This document shows, one piece after another, positions 1-17,492 of a stretch of 64,000 nucleotides of DNA. Each line of letters begins with the position of its first letter. Within the stretch, counting starts at the first letter, position 1. Made by a program: the position numbers and the translations under genes. The stretch is from an uncultured Planctomycetaceae bacterium. Lineage in GTDB: Bacteria; Planctomycetota; Planctomycetia; Planctomycetales; Planctomycetaceae. The notes below the pieces were generated by a model. The model made no database searches. It saw only the letters and a program-made list of their open reading frames with translations, and was not told the origin of the DNA. The stretch covers positions 544,001-608,000 of the forward strand of contig CAWFGE010000012.1 in the NCBI GenBank assembly GCA_963815195.1. The letters are read 5' to 3'.

Positions 1-131
1 TCTCATTCTCGGTTTTGCGCGACTTTTGGAATGCAGGGCGAGCGGGAGGTGTCAGCCTCCCGGTTTTGTCGAGTTTTGGGTTGATCCGCGTGACCGGAGG
101 GCTTTCGCCCTCCGCGCGCCTTCTTGATCCT

Positions 132-3479
<3,348 letters not shown>

Positions 3480-3596
3480 GTTAGGTTCCTTGGTTTCGCT
3501 GGCGATGCGCCCGCTTCCTCATGAGGCCGGCTCGCGTCCGACGGCAGCGCTCGGGTTTCTCGAAATTTGGATGGATTCGCGATGGGAAACGCCAAA

Positions 3597-4010
3597 TTAT
3601 CGGGTGAGGCTGGGGACCTCCACCTCGGCGGCTTCTTCCGGGGTTTCAATAATCTGGAGCTTGGGATTCTTCTCTTGGATGGCCTGGAGGCCCTGTTCCG
3701 ACAACTTCGACTTCTTTTGCTCGGCCTCCCACCCAGCCAGCTTCGCTTCGTAATGCTGCCGCTCGAGCGCGCCGTAGATGTATTCATAAAAGAACGGCAT
3801 CATAAAGAACGTGCCGGCAAACAGCACCAGCCCGATCTTGAAGGCGTATTCCTTCAGCCTGAGTCCCCGGGCAATCAGCACCCCCAAACCGTAGGGCACC
3901 AGAAACACTCCGATCGCGAGCAACAGCTTAATCCCGTTGGGAACGATCTCTTCGACGGCTTCGGCTTCCGTGGCCGCCCAGACCGCCCAATGGCCAAGAT
4001 GAGGAATCAT
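3597..4010 (-). CDS. Small two-TM membrane protein between yajC and secDF
   Basis: 137-aa ORF with two hydrophobic segments; AGGA..GGGA Shine-Dalgarno-like sequence upstream; same strand as its neighbours. Confidence 0.7.
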   Translation of the reverse strand: MIPHLGHWAVWAATEAEAVEEIVPNGIKLLLAIGVFLVPYGLGVLIARGLRLKEYAFKIGLVLFAGTFFMMPFFYEYIYGALERQHYEAKLAGWEAEQKKSKLSEQGLQAIQEKNPKLQIIETPEEAAEVEVPSLTR

Positions 4011-4071
4011 CGAGTCCCTTCCTGCAAGGTATTCAAGTGAAATTCGAGAATCAATGGGATTATCCGGCGCG

Positions 4072-4479
4072 CTATTTCGATTCCGCCGGGGGCGGTTCGG
4101 GCTTGGCTTCTTGGGCGCCTTTGCCGTCTTTCGCGTCGGGTTTCGGAATCACCATCACGCTCCGCATTTGCACGCGGAGCTTGGTGTTGTCGTCGACCTT
4201 GATGGTCACTTCGTTTTTCTCAGGTGAGACATTGGCGACCGTGCCGATGATCCCGCCCGCCGTGACCACCGGATCGTTTTTCTTCAAGGTGGTTTTGAGG
4301 GCGTCAATGTGCTTTTGCTCCCGCTTTTGCGGGTTGGGAACAAACAGCCACTGAAACAGCAGCAGGATGATCAAAAATGGCAGCATGGTGAGAATCAAAT
4401 CGCCGATTCCCATCCCCCCCTGTCCGCCCTTGGGAGCTTCTTCCGCGAGTAACGCCAACCAATAAAAAGACATAGACAT
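4072..4479 (-). CDS. yajC: Preprotein translocase subunit YajC
   Basis: TM segment followed by LKKNDPVVTAGGIIGTV motif; tgt-yajC-secDF synteny. Confidence 0.95.
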   Translation of the reverse strand: MSMSFYWLALLAEEAPKGGQGGMGIGDLILTMLPFLIILLLFQWLFVPNPQKREQKHIDALKTTLKKNDPVVTAGGIIGTVANVSPEKNEVTIKVDDNTKLRVQMRSVMVIPKPDAKDGKGAQEAKPEPPPAESK

Positions 4480-4671
4480 CAACCGACTGGATTATTTGGG
4501 TGCCACTGACCGCTTGTTTGCCAGTGCTTATATCACGTGAGCCATCCAAATTCCGCCCAACACTGACAACACGTTGCCATTGGCAGCCGATCACTCATCC
4601 TGAACTGCCATTCGTTACGGGAGGCGGGAATCTTAGCCGAAACGCACCTTTTTCGCAGACCAGCGCGTATC

Positions 4672-5826
<1,155 letters not shown>

Positions 5827-5955
5827 CTAGCGCCTTGCCGCTCAGAATAAAACGAGAAATCACTCAGCGGAATGGCGCTAGCCACCGGCTCGTCGAATAC
5901 CGAAAGCAGGAGGCTATCGCCTTGCCGCTCAGAATAATCCGAAAACAGACCGCTC

Positions 5956-6380
5956 CTACTCTCCCGCTTTCTTTTTCGGAACGACGAAGGACTTCTCGGT
6001 GTCTTCTTTAGGGAAATCGAAGGAGGTTTCATAAGGCGAGAACAGCGGCTGCCCGTCCGGAAGGACTTCGCCTTCCATTTTCGTTTCCACGCCGTCGAAG
6101 CCGGTGATCTTGACGCGATGAGGTCCTCCGACGATCCCTTTGCCGGGGGGCGTCTCGTATTCGCCTTCGACAATGGGAGCGCCCGAGCCTGGCCCCTGAT
6201 TGCCTTGGGAGTCGTCGGGTTCAAAGAGGATAAAGCCTTTGGGAATGGGCCGGCCATCGTACGTGGCATTGCCGCTGACATGGTAACGATCGGGGCCGTC
6301 GTTGGCCGCGCCGCAACCGTAAATCCACACGATCAACACAGCCCCGGCGAGCCAGGGAACGAGGCTGCGATTTTGGGACA

Positions 6381-6384
<4 letters not shown>
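5956..6384 (-). CDS. Planctomycete lipoprotein, DUF1559 companion (carboxypeptidase-regulatory-like)
   Basis: Lipobox IYGC, VSGNATYDGRPI motif; overlaps the DUF1559 gene stop. Confidence 0.75.
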
Positions 6385-7289
<905 letters not shown>

Positions 7290-7591
7290 CGACGAGTCCT
7301 GTTGGAAAGCGACAACAATACAAACAAAAAAAAGGGCAACCCTATCGAGAAACCCCGTTCGGAACGAAAAGTTCCGCGCGGAGACGCATGTTCCAGAGAA
7401 ATCTCGCCAATTTCTCAACACATAAAGCGTTTGAGCCACGCGGGTTGGGCCGCACCAACGTCGCGGCGGCATCTTGCCGGGTCGATCCATCTCGGGAACG
7501 AGAAGCCGTTACGGAAGATGTGCGCCTCGGGATGAAGTCTCACACTCAATCGCGACGTTTGTGAGACAGGCCGCCTTTCGGATTTGAAACG

Positions 7592-7948
7592 CTATTCGGT
7601 CGTCTCTTCCGGGTTGGCGGCCGGTCCGCGGGGTTGGGGGTCCGGGACGTGGACTTGGATCTCGTCGCCGACGACTCGAACTTCGTACGCGTCGGTTTTC
7701 ACGCGGGGATTGTCCAGCCAGGTGCCGTCGCTCACGCAGAACCGCCAGGCGTGCCAGGGGCAATAGACCGCGTCGCCTTCCAGGCTTCCCGCCGAGAGCG
7801 ACGCCCCCATGTGCGGGCAGGTGTCGTTGATGGCCTTGTAACCGCCCGCCAAATGAAACACGCCGACCATCCGCCCGTTGACGGCATAGGACCGGCCTTC
7901 GCCCAAGGGAATCTCGCCCACCTTGGCCACGGTTTCAAAATCCGACAT
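7592..7948 (-). CDS. Rieske 2Fe-2S ferredoxin
   Basis: CPHMG...CPWHAWRF Rieske motifs. Confidence 0.92.
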   Translation of the reverse strand: MSDFETVAKVGEIPLGEGRSYAVNGRMVGVFHLAGGYKAINDTCPHMGASLSAGSLEGDAVYCPWHAWRFCVSDGTWLDNPRVKTDAYEVRVVGDEIQVHVPDPQPRGPAANPEETTE

Positions 7949-7998
7949 CGACAATCCTTCTGGATCAGTTTTTTGTTTCGACAGAGCCTCCGAAACTT

Positions 7999-9138
7999 TT
8001 ACCTTAGTTCTTCGGCAATCGTGGGACAACTCCTGCCGATCCGCCTTGGCGGTTCGTGGTGTCGACCCACCGGATTGGGCGTGGCGATCGCGGCGACAAT
8101 GCCCTTCGTTCCACAGTGTTGACGGTTCGTGACCTCGACCAGACGGGCCAAGAGTTCGGTCGTTTTGCCTTGGTCGATCGCTTCCACGGCCGCTTTAACG
8201 CCTTGCTCCAACGTTTCCAGGTGTTCCGAGACCACGAGGGCGGCGGCGGCGTTGGCGAGCACGATGTCCCGCGGCGGTCCGGTTTCTCCTGCCAGGACGC
8301 TTCGAATCAGCGCGGCACTTTCCGACGCGGAGCTCACTTGCAGATCCTCCACCCGGCAAGGGGCGAGGCCGAGGTCGGCGGGCGTCCAAGTTTCCTCGGT
8401 GACGATGTTGTACTCGACGCGAAACGCGGAGGTCTCACCCCAGAGGCTGACTTCGTCGAGCTGATCCGCCCCGCAGACGACGAAGGCCCGCTTGCGGCCG
8501 AGTTCCGCGAGAGCCCAGGCCAATTTCTCGGCGGTGTGCCTGGTGGCGGATCCCAAAAGCTGATACTCCGCCCCCGCGGGATTCGTGAGCGGGCCGAGCA
8601 GATTGAACAGCGTGCGAAATCCCAAAACCTTCCGGACAGGCATCGCGTGTTTCATTGAAGCATGGCACAGCGGGGCGAAGCAAAACCCGATGCCCAACTC
8701 ATCGACAGAGCGGCCGACTTGTTCCGGCGTGAGTTGCACGTTCACGCCCAGCGCTTCCAGCACGTCGGCCGAGCCGCTGGAACTGGACACGCTGCGGTTG
8801 CCGTGCTTGGCGACCGGGACGCCCGCCGAGGCGGCGACCAACGCGGCGGCGGTGCTGATGTTGAACGTGTGGAGTTCGTCGCCGCCGGTGCCGCAGGTGT
8901 CGAGCAAACCCCGGCGTGTCGTGGGGATGCGCGCAGCGCAGGCGATCATCGCCCGGGCCGCCCCGACGATTTCCGAAACCGCTTCGCCCTTCACCCGGAG
9001 CGCTGCAAGCAACGCCGCGAGCAGCCGGTCGTCCGCTTCGCCGCGCATGACTTCGCTCACCGCGGCTTCCATCAATTCCGCGGGAACGTCCCGGCCCTTC
9101 ACGGCGAACGAAACCGCTTGCCCTATCGAGCTCGTCAT
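7999..9138 (-). CDS. trpD: Anthranilate phosphoribosyltransferase
   Basis: DTCGTGGD, FNIST, KHGNRSVSSSSGSAD, GPLTNPA motifs. Confidence 0.96.
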   Translation of the reverse strand: MTSSIGQAVSFAVKGRDVPAELMEAAVSEVMRGEADDRLLAALLAALRVKGEAVSEIVGAARAMIACAARIPTTRRGLLDTCGTGGDELHTFNISTAAALVAASAGVPVAKHGNRSVSSSSGSADVLEALGVNVQLTPEQVGRSVDELGIGFCFAPLCHASMKHAMPVRKVLGFRTLFNLLGPLTNPAGAEYQLLGSATRHTAEKLAWALAELGRKRAFVVCGADQLDEVSLWGETSAFRVEYNIVTEETWTPADLGLAPCRVEDLQVSSASESAALIRSVLAGETGPPRDIVLANAAAALVVSEHLETLEQGVKAAVEAIDQGKTTELLARLVEVTNRQHCGTKGIVAAIATPNPVGRHHEPPRRIGRSCPTIAEELR

Positions 9139-9163
9139 AGACACCTGCCTCGATTTGACAAAA

Positions 9164-9299
9164 GGCGAGCGGGAGGCGTAAGCCTCCTGGTCACCCACAT
9201 CAACCAAAAAACGTCACGAAACCGGTGATCACGCCTCCGGTTCAATCCACGTCGGTCCAAAACTCCACGAAACCGGGAGGCTTACGCCTCCCGCTCGCC
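9164..9299. repeat. REP-like inverted repeat pair
   Basis: gcgagcgggaggcgtaagcctcc and its reverse complement ggaggcttacgcctcccgctcgc between trpD and maf. Confidence 0.7.
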
Positions 9300-9403
9300 T
9301 TGATCTCTCGAACTTCAAACGATGCCCTGCCGCCCTTCGCATGTTAGAATGCCCGGTTCACAATGAAAACCGAACGGGGCCATTGGCCGAAGTGGGAGCC
9401 GTT

Positions 9404-10060
9404 ATGGACTTCTCTCATATCAACATCATGTTAGGTTCGCGGTCGCCGCGGCGGTTGGGGCTGTTGGGGGAGATTGTACCCGCCGAGCGGATCAGCGTTT
9501 GCCCGCCGAGGACCGCGGAGGAAGCGGGATTCGAGGGGCTTTCGACTTGGGCGGAGATTGAAGCACGCCTCTTGCACATTGCCCGCGAGAAATGTGAGGA
9601 CGTGCTCGCACAACTTGCGGGGCAGCCGACGAAAGAATCCGCGGAAAGGATCTTAGTGCTCACCGCGGACACGGTGATTGTCGCGGGCGAGAAAGATCGG
9701 CCTTTGGTGCTCGGGCAGCCGCCGGAACCTGATTGGCGGGACACGGTGCGGATGTGGTTCGAGGAATACCTTCTGGGCAAAACGCACCGGGCGGCGTCGG
9801 CGGTGTGCCTCGCGGATTTGCCCGGGAATCGGCGGGAACGCGTGGCGGTCTCCGAGGTCACGTTTTCCGCGGATGCCTCCGGGATTTTGGAATGGTATCT
9901 CGACACGGGGGAACCGCAAGGCAAAGCCGGGGGTTACGGAATCCAAGGGGCCGGCAGCGTGTTTGTTTCCGAACTCAAAGGCAGTTTGAGCAACGTGATC
10001 GGCCTGCCTCTGCGGGATGTGCTGGAAATGTTGGAGGAACTCGCCGGGCTCTCGCGTTAA
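9404..10060 (+). CDS. maf: Maf family nucleotide pyrophosphatase
   Basis: LGSRSPRR, ADTVIV, GKAGGYGIQG, NVIGLP motifs; start codon uncertain (9341 or 9404). Confidence 0.92.
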   Translation: MDFSHINIMLGSRSPRRLGLLGEIVPAERISVCPPRTAEEAGFEGLSTWAEIEARLLHIAREKCEDVLAQLAGQPTKESAERILVLTADTVIVAGEKDRPLVLGQPPEPDWRDTVRMWFEEYLLGKTHRAASAVCLADLPGNRRERVAVSEVTFSADASGILEWYLDTGEPQGKAGGYGIQGAGSVFVSELKGSLSNVIGLPLRDVLEMLEELAGLSR

Positions 10061-10250
10061 GACCGAGTTTGCAAATCGACCGGCGGCTAGTGCCGTTCCG
10101 CTCACGCGCGGATCGGCCGATGTTTTCCATTGAACGGACCCCGCTCCCGGTTTAGGATGACGAAGTCCTTTCGGTGCTTTTCATTTCCCTTGGCACCCGG
10201 CATTCAAACTCAGGCGACTCTCTTTTTTTCATTTTTGCGGAGAGAGAAAT

Positions 10251-11150
10251 ATGGAATCCAATCCGGCTCGCTACTATCGGCCCTCCGGGGCGGTGCCCGT
10301 TGTGGGTACGATTATGATGCAGTTGTTCGGCGCGGCCGCCGCCTTTATGCTGGGCGGCCTGTACGCGGCGGCGGATCTCTACAGTCCGTCTGTGTGGTTG
10401 ACGGGATTCGCCGTGTTCTTTTTTGGAGCGGGCGTGGGTTTCGCCGTCCGCGTCGGCGCCAAAATCGGCAAAGTCCGCAATCACGGATTTGTGCTCCTCC
10501 TCGGCCTCGTGATCGGCTTGCTTGCCGTCTATGTTGCCTGGGTGATCTACATTCACCTGTTCTTTCGCCGGCTGAACGTGCCGGGAATTTGGGCATGGTC
10601 TCCCGGGCAGATTCTCGTCATCATGAAGACGTTTGCGGCCAACGGAATTTGGTCCATGAAATCCTGGACGCCCACCGGCTGGGCGCTTTATGCGTTTTGG
10701 ATTGCCGAGGCGCTGTGTGTGGTGTTGCTTTCCGTCGCGGTCGCGGCGTCGGATGAAACGCCTTACTGCGATTACTGCGGCGTGTGGACGAAAAAGCAAA
10801 AGGACGTGGCGAGTTTCGCCCTCGCGGATCCCGAACACTTGAAAACGGAATTGGAAGAGGAACGCTACGAACTCCTCGACAAACTCCACAGTCAGCCGGC
10901 GCATCCGAAAAACTGCCTGAAAGCGAGCATCCACTGCTGCCCGCGCTGCGAAGATTCGGACTTCTTGACGGTCTCGCATTCCGTGGTGACGGTGGACGGC
11001 GACGGCAAGGAATCCACCAACGAAACCGCCCTGGTCAAGCAGTTGCGGGTGCCGCGCGACGTTGCGGAACATCTCGTCGAATTAGGCCAGTTACCGAACG
11101 TTCCCTTGGAGGACTCGGCCTCCGCTCCGGAAGACGAGATGACGATTTGA
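10251..11150 (+). CDS. Hypothetical membrane protein with C-terminal CxxC pairs
   Basis: Four hydrophobic segments followed by CDYC and CPRC. Confidence 0.75.
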   Translation: MESNPARYYRPSGAVPVVGTIMMQLFGAAAAFMLGGLYAAADLYSPSVWLTGFAVFFFGAGVGFAVRVGAKIGKVRNHGFVLLLGLVIGLLAVYVAWVIYIHLFFRRLNVPGIWAWSPGQILVIMKTFAANGIWSMKSWTPTGWALYAFWIAEALCVVLLSVAVAASDETPYCDYCGVWTKKQKDVASFALADPEHLKTELEEERYELLDKLHSQPAHPKNCLKASIHCCPRCEDSDFLTVSHSVVTVDGDGKESTNETALVKQLRVPRDVAEHLVELGQLPNVPLEDSASAPEDEMTI

Positions 11151-11178
11151 AGGTGCCGAGCCGAGCGGAGGAAATCCG

Positions 11179-11718
11179 ATGATCGCGCAATTTGGCGTGT
11201 GCCGGTTGGAGTTGGTGCAGGGCGACATCACCGAGCAAGAGGTGGATGCCGTCGTCAACGCGGCCAATCAAAAGCTCGCGGGCGGCGGCGGCGTGGACGG
11301 GGCGGTTCACCGCGCGGGCGGGCCGACGCTCATGCAGGAAACCGACGAGCACTATCCCGACGGTTGCCCCACCGGGAGCGCGGTGGCGACCTCGGCGGGG
11401 AAACTTCCCGCGAAATATGTGTTCCATGCCGTGGGCCCCTGGTGGAACGGCGGGCACAAAGGCGAGCGGGATCTGCTCAAGTCCGCGTACCTGACGTGCC
11501 TGGATTTGGCCGTCCAGCACCAATGCAAATCGATCGCCTTCCCCGCCATCAGCACGGGGGTGTACCGTTATCCTTTGGACTTGGCCGCCGAGGATTCCTT
11601 GTCCGTGACGCGCGATTTTCTGCTCGAACATCAACAGCCGGCGCTCGTGCGGTTTGTGCTCTTCGGCGAAGGGGCCTACGGAGCCTTTGCCCGCGTCTTG
11701 GAAACCATGACGGAATAA
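11179..11718 (+). CDS. Macro domain protein (O-acetyl-ADP-ribose deacetylase, YmdB-like)
   Basis: GDIT, VNAAN..LAGGGGVDGAVHRAGG, FPAISTGVY motifs. Confidence 0.93.
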   Translation: MIAQFGVCRLELVQGDITEQEVDAVVNAANQKLAGGGGVDGAVHRAGGPTLMQETDEHYPDGCPTGSAVATSAGKLPAKYVFHAVGPWWNGGHKGERDLLKSAYLTCLDLAVQHQCKSIAFPAISTGVYRYPLDLAAEDSLSVTRDFLLEHQQPALVRFVLFGEGAYGAFARVLETMTE

Positions 11719-12623
11719 TGGCGGAACCCCTGGCTCAAACCCTCCTCGATAAAATCGGCATCAGGCCGCCCGGGCATTCTTTTTATACCGCTTCGGACGG
11801 CTACCGCTTGCACTATCGGCACTGGCAGCCGAACGGAACGCCCCGCGGGTATGTCGTCGCAGTGCATGGTATTCAGAGCCACTCGGGATGGTACGAGTAT
11901 TCGAGTGGCCGGATGCGTTCCGCGGGGTATGAGGTGCGGTTTCTGGATCGGCGGGGTTCGGGAGAGAATTCCCCAGACCGCGGCCACGCAGCGCACCCGG
12001 AGCGTTTGATCCACGATGTCACGCAGGTGCTGGCGGACGTGTGTTGGGAGCGAGATCACAAAACGCCCAAGGCTCCGGTCATCTTGCTGGGCGTGAGCTG
12101 GGGCGGAAAGCTGGCAGCCGCCACCGCCGCCCGCCGGCCGGACCTTGTGGACGGATTGGCGTTATTGTATCCGGGTTTGCGCAGCCGGGTCGGGCCGCGG
12201 TTTTATCAGCGCTGGCTGTTGGATTTGGGAATCCACTTGGGACAAGACCGCAAGCTCGTGCGGATTCCGCTCGATGATCCCGCGCTGTTTACGGGCGTCT
12301 CCGCGTGGCAGGATTTCATTCGGCAGGACCCTTTGGCCCTCCACGAGGCCACGCTGTCATTTCTGAAGGCGAGTCTTTTATTAGATCAAGAACTCGATCG
12401 ATTGGCCGAGGGGGTTTCGCAGGCGACGTTGGTGATGCTCGCGGGCCGGGATCAGATCATCGACAACCGGGCCACGCGCCGGTTGTTGGATCGCTGGGGA
12501 TCGCCGCATTTGGCGGTCAAGGAGTATCCCGAGGCCCGGCACACACTGGAATTCGAACCCGGCCGCGAGGCGATTTTTTCGGACCTGATCGCCTGGCTTC
12601 AAACGGTTCCGCGGCATGGATGA
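11718..12623 (+). CDS. Alpha/beta hydrolase (lysophospholipase-like)
   Basis: HGIQSH, DRRGSG, GVSWGG nucleophile elbow; ATG overlaps the upstream TAA. Confidence 0.9.
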   Translation: MAEPLAQTLLDKIGIRPPGHSFYTASDGYRLHYRHWQPNGTPRGYVVAVHGIQSHSGWYEYSSGRMRSAGYEVRFLDRRGSGENSPDRGHAAHPERLIHDVTQVLADVCWERDHKTPKAPVILLGVSWGGKLAAATAARRPDLVDGLALLYPGLRSRVGPRFYQRWLLDLGIHLGQDRKLVRIPLDDPALFTGVSAWQDFIRQDPLALHEATLSFLKASLLLDQELDRLAEGVSQATLVMLAGRDQIIDNRATRRLLDRWGSPHLAVKEYPEARHTLEFEPGREAIFSDLIAWLQTVPRHG

Positions 12624-12787
12624 ACATTTTTTGTCCAGGCCGGTTGGGATTTTCGCCACGGCCTTTGACCTGATAAACTTTAGTGAGCCGCACGTTGCGA
12701 AATTTCGCCCCGTCGAGCCGTGGGAATGCGGGTTGCATGAGGCGTCGGGCGGATCCATTCTCTTCCCCCAAACAGGAGCCCATCCCC

Positions 12788-13705
12788 ATGTTTCGTTTTG
12801 CCCTGCCGATACTGGCCGTCCTCATGTCGTGGACCGTCAGCCCGGCCCAGGATCAGACCGCGAAGTCCGAAACCAAAAAACCCGCAAAGCCGGTGCCCCT
12901 CAACAAACAGGGAACGATCCTGCTGGACGCGGCGAACAAGAAGGTGATCCTCAAAACCCAAGTGGTTCTGCGGGACGGGTTTTTGGAGATGTTTTTGTGC
13001 CGGAAGCACACCAAGGAGCACGAGTCCGTTCTCGCAATCGACGGGCGGGCGTTGGATATTCATACGGGCCTGTTGGCGATCGGGGCGGAACCGGGGCACC
13101 CCATGATCTACAAAGATGAAAAATACACCCCGCCCACGGGTCAGAAGCTCAAGATCATCGTCAAATGGGAAGACAAGGAAGGCAAGCCGCACGAAGCGAA
13201 CGCCAAGACGTGGATCCGCTCCGCGACCCGGCGGTATTTCGTGGAGAACCTGGACAGCCTGCCGGCCGGGGTGAAGATTCCCGAAAACAGCGATATGCGC
13301 TACGACAAGAAGTTCAAGGAGCTCGCGTGGTTCGGTCCCATGACGGAGAATCAGCGGGATTTTTGGCTGAAGAAATCGGATGACAAGGCGTTTCAGAAAG
13401 TCGTCAAGTCGATCTACAAACGCACGCAGCCGCACGAGATGACCGCCGATTGGGTGTTCGCCGGCAGCGGGTTTTACGTGGAGACCGAAGGCCCGGACAA
13501 GGGAAAGAAGTATTACAAAGCCGAGGGCGGCGATGTGATCTGCGTGGCGAACTTTCCGACGGCGATGATCGATGTGAACGAGGAAAGCACGTCCAGCGGC
13601 GAAGCCAATCTGGTCTACGAAACCTGGACGGAGCGGATCCCGCCGTTGGAAACGCCGGTGACCGTGGAAATCTCCCCTATCGCCGAAAAGAAAAAGACCC
13701 CCTAG
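12788..13705 (+). CDS. Secreted YdjY-like domain protein
   Basis: Signal peptide; KEHES and WVFAGSGF...GGDVICVANF motifs. Confidence 0.7.
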   Translation: MFRFALPILAVLMSWTVSPAQDQTAKSETKKPAKPVPLNKQGTILLDAANKKVILKTQVVLRDGFLEMFLCRKHTKEHESVLAIDGRALDIHTGLLAIGAEPGHPMIYKDEKYTPPTGQKLKIIVKWEDKEGKPHEANAKTWIRSATRRYFVENLDSLPAGVKIPENSDMRYDKKFKELAWFGPMTENQRDFWLKKSDDKAFQKVVKSIYKRTQPHEMTADWVFAGSGFYVETEGPDKGKKYYKAEGGDVICVANFPTAMIDVNEESTSSGEANLVYETWTERIPPLETPVTVEISPIAEKKKTP

Positions 13706-13800
13706 GCCGCCGAGATGGTGCCCGCCTAGAATTAGAGAAACGATGAATTAGAATTCGATGGCGGTTTTCGCCGTTTCTCCTCGAACGTGTGGCCCTGACG

Positions 13801-14382
13801 ATGATGGATGCGCTGACAAATCGGGCTCCAAACACCGCGGGCGGTTTCGCCTTGCGGTACTTTCACGTCCTGGTTCTGGTGTTTGTGGCGGCCGGGGGCT
13901 TGGGAGCCGGGCTGATTTATTTGCTGCCGGCGTTCGCGGCCCCGGCGACGTTTTCGCTGCCCGGGGCGTTTTGGATCAGCAGCGGATTTCTCGGCGTGAG
14001 CAGCTTGATGCAGCACCGCTCGATCCTCGCCGTCCGCCTGGAGCGGCAGCGGATCTTCCGCCGGCGGTTGCTGCTCGCCCTCGTCGCGGGCATCGGCTTT
14101 GTCGCCGTCCAAAGCTACGGGTTGTGGTGCCTGCTCCAATTCCAACCCCGCACCGCCCAGGCGGTCTCCACGGGGCCGGAGGCCTTTGTGTTCGTGCTGA
14201 CGATGCTCCACGGCATGCATGTGACCATCGCCCTCATGTTCTTGACCTACGTGTTTCTGAAAAGCCTCACCTATCGCTACGACCACGAGTATTATTGGGG
14301 CGTGACGTTCTGCTCGTGGTTCTGGCACGGGTTGGGAATGGTGTGGCTGGCGATTCTCGCCGTGTTTTTGATCGCGATTTGA
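13801..14382 (+). CDS. Cytochrome c oxidase subunit III-like membrane protein
   Basis: Multi-TM protein with LHGMHV and FWH motifs. Confidence 0.75.
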   Translation: MMDALTNRAPNTAGGFALRYFHVLVLVFVAAGGLGAGLIYLLPAFAAPATFSLPGAFWISSGFLGVSSLMQHRSILAVRLERQRIFRRRLLLALVAGIGFVAVQSYGLWCLLQFQPRTAQAVSTGPEAFVFVLTMLHGMHVTIALMFLTYVFLKSLTYRYDHEYYWGVTFCSWFWHGLGMVWLAILAVFLIAI

Positions 14383-14425
14383 GCGGGCCCAGGCTCGCGA
14401 TTCCCAAACGACAGGCGGGCCAACG

Positions 14426-15175
14426 ATGTGGGTTTATGCGGCGATCGTGTTCTCCGCCTTCGCTTTGGCGGCGTTAGTCTATCGATACGATCTTTATGAC
14501 AAAGAACCCTGGCCTTTGCTGCTGTTGGTGTTTTTCGCCGGGATGCTGAGCGGTTGGGCGGCCGGGCGGCTGGAAGACGCCGCCCTCCTCTATTTGGGCC
14601 AGCGCGGCGAATCCGTGGCGGTGCAGGCGGCCTTGGCTTCGCTCACAGAAGAATCGTTAAAACTCCTGGTGGTGCTGGCGGTGGCGTTTTTGTTCCGCCG
14701 GGAGTTCAACGATCCCTTGGACGGCTTGATCTACGGAGCGTTCGCCGGGCTGGGGGCGGCCGTCGAGGAATCCTGGTTCTACGTTGCGCTTTCCGACGAC
14801 TTGCCATTCGCCCTCGTGGGAACGGAAATCATCCGCTTGATTTTGCACGTGTTCTTGGGGGGCCTGGCCGGATTGGGCGTCGGCCTGGTGCGGTTTCGCA
14901 TTCCCTATTGGCCGGCGATTTTTCTCGGGGCGCTCGCGGCCGATCTGCTGATTCACTTTGCTTGGGATTCGCTGTGCGGCATCCCGGCGATGTCCGGGGA
15001 AGCGATGCTCGTTCAGCGAATCATCGCCATCGGCTTGATGCTCGCCGGCTTGGGCGTGTTTGGGCTGTCGGTGTTTTGGGGCAGCCGCTGGTCCCGCGCC
15101 GTTTTTGCCCCCCGCAGTTCGAAACGGCTTTGGGGTTGGCCGTTCTCCCTGATCTTCGGATCCAAACCGGACTGA
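14426..15175 (+). CDS. PrsW family intramembrane metalloprotease
   Basis: DKEP, EESLK, GAFAGLGAAVEES and IHFAWD motifs. Confidence 0.88.
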   Translation: MWVYAAIVFSAFALAALVYRYDLYDKEPWPLLLLVFFAGMLSGWAAGRLEDAALLYLGQRGESVAVQAALASLTEESLKLLVVLAVAFLFRREFNDPLDGLIYGAFAGLGAAVEESWFYVALSDDLPFALVGTEIIRLILHVFLGGLAGLGVGLVRFRIPYWPAIFLGALAADLLIHFAWDSLCGIPAMSGEAMLVQRIIAIGLMLAGLGVFGLSVFWGSRWSRAVFAPRSSKRLWGWPFSLIFGSKPD

Positions 15176-15184
15176 AGCATTCCG

Positions 15185-15817
15185 TCACTGGAGAACGTAC
15201 GTGTCCAAAAGGTCGTCGAGCACCTCCTCGGTCAACTCGTGGCCGTCCTGGAGCGGAAACCCTTCCCAGCGGACGATTCCCCAGGGATCGACCAAAATCA
15301 CGTGCGGGATATTTCGGATCTCCAGGGCGTTTGCCATCCGCCGCTTGGGATCGACGGCGACGAAATAATGCATCTTCGCCCCCCGGTGTTCGCGGACCGT
15401 ATCGGCCGGTTCGTCGCTCACGCCGACGACCACCAACCGATCCTTGTGCTTGCGGTGGAACTGGTTGAGCTTGGGAATCGCCTCGAGGCACGGCCCGCAC
15501 CAGGTGGCCCAGAAATCGATCAACACCATTTTCCCTTCGCGGTCCGGCTGTTTGGTGAGCCATTCTTCCACCACAAATTCCGGGGCGGGCTTGTTGATGA
15601 AGGATTTCGCAAACAGCCGCTTCACCGGCACCTCGGCATCCGGCAGCGACGGCGGCGGCGTTTTGAACCGCGGCACGATCTCCACCCCTGCCTCGGCCGC
15701 TGCATGCTCCTCCTGCGAAGCCGAAGATTTATTCGCGGACGGTTCGACGGAATCGGAACCGCACCCGACGAACGCCGTCATGAAAATCAATCCCATCACG
15801 TAGATGACTCGTCGCAT
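15185..15817 (-). CDS. TlpA-family thioredoxin-like lipoprotein
   Basis: DFWATWCGPC motif; FVGC lipobox; start uncertain. Confidence 0.88.
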   Translation of the reverse strand: MRRVIYVMGLIFMTAFVGCGSDSVEPSANKSSASQEEHAAAEAGVEIVPRFKTPPPSLPDAEVPVKRLFAKSFINKPAPEFVVEEWLTKQPDREGKMVLIDFWATWCGPCLEAIPKLNQFHRKHKDRLVVVGVSDEPADTVREHRGAKMHYFVAVDPKRRMANALEIRNIPHVILVDPWGIVRWEGFPLQDGHELTEEVLDDLLDTYVLQ

Positions 15818-15855
15818 CGTCGCCGGCTCCGGTTCACAAAACTTGCCCATCCCCA

Positions 15856-17298
<1,443 letters not shown>

Positions 17299-17492
17299 TG
17301 GAAAGCCCTCTGAGAAAAACCGACGTTCAATCCCCCAATCAGCATACCAGCAGGCCGGCGCGGGGAACAGACAACGCGATCAGTCGGAACGCGTTAGCGT
17401 TGCATCAAACCAAAAACTTGGGGTTGAAAAAATCAGCCGCAGGGCGCTAGCCCCGGTTTTCGGTGCGCGAACCGGAGGCTTGCGCGTTCCGC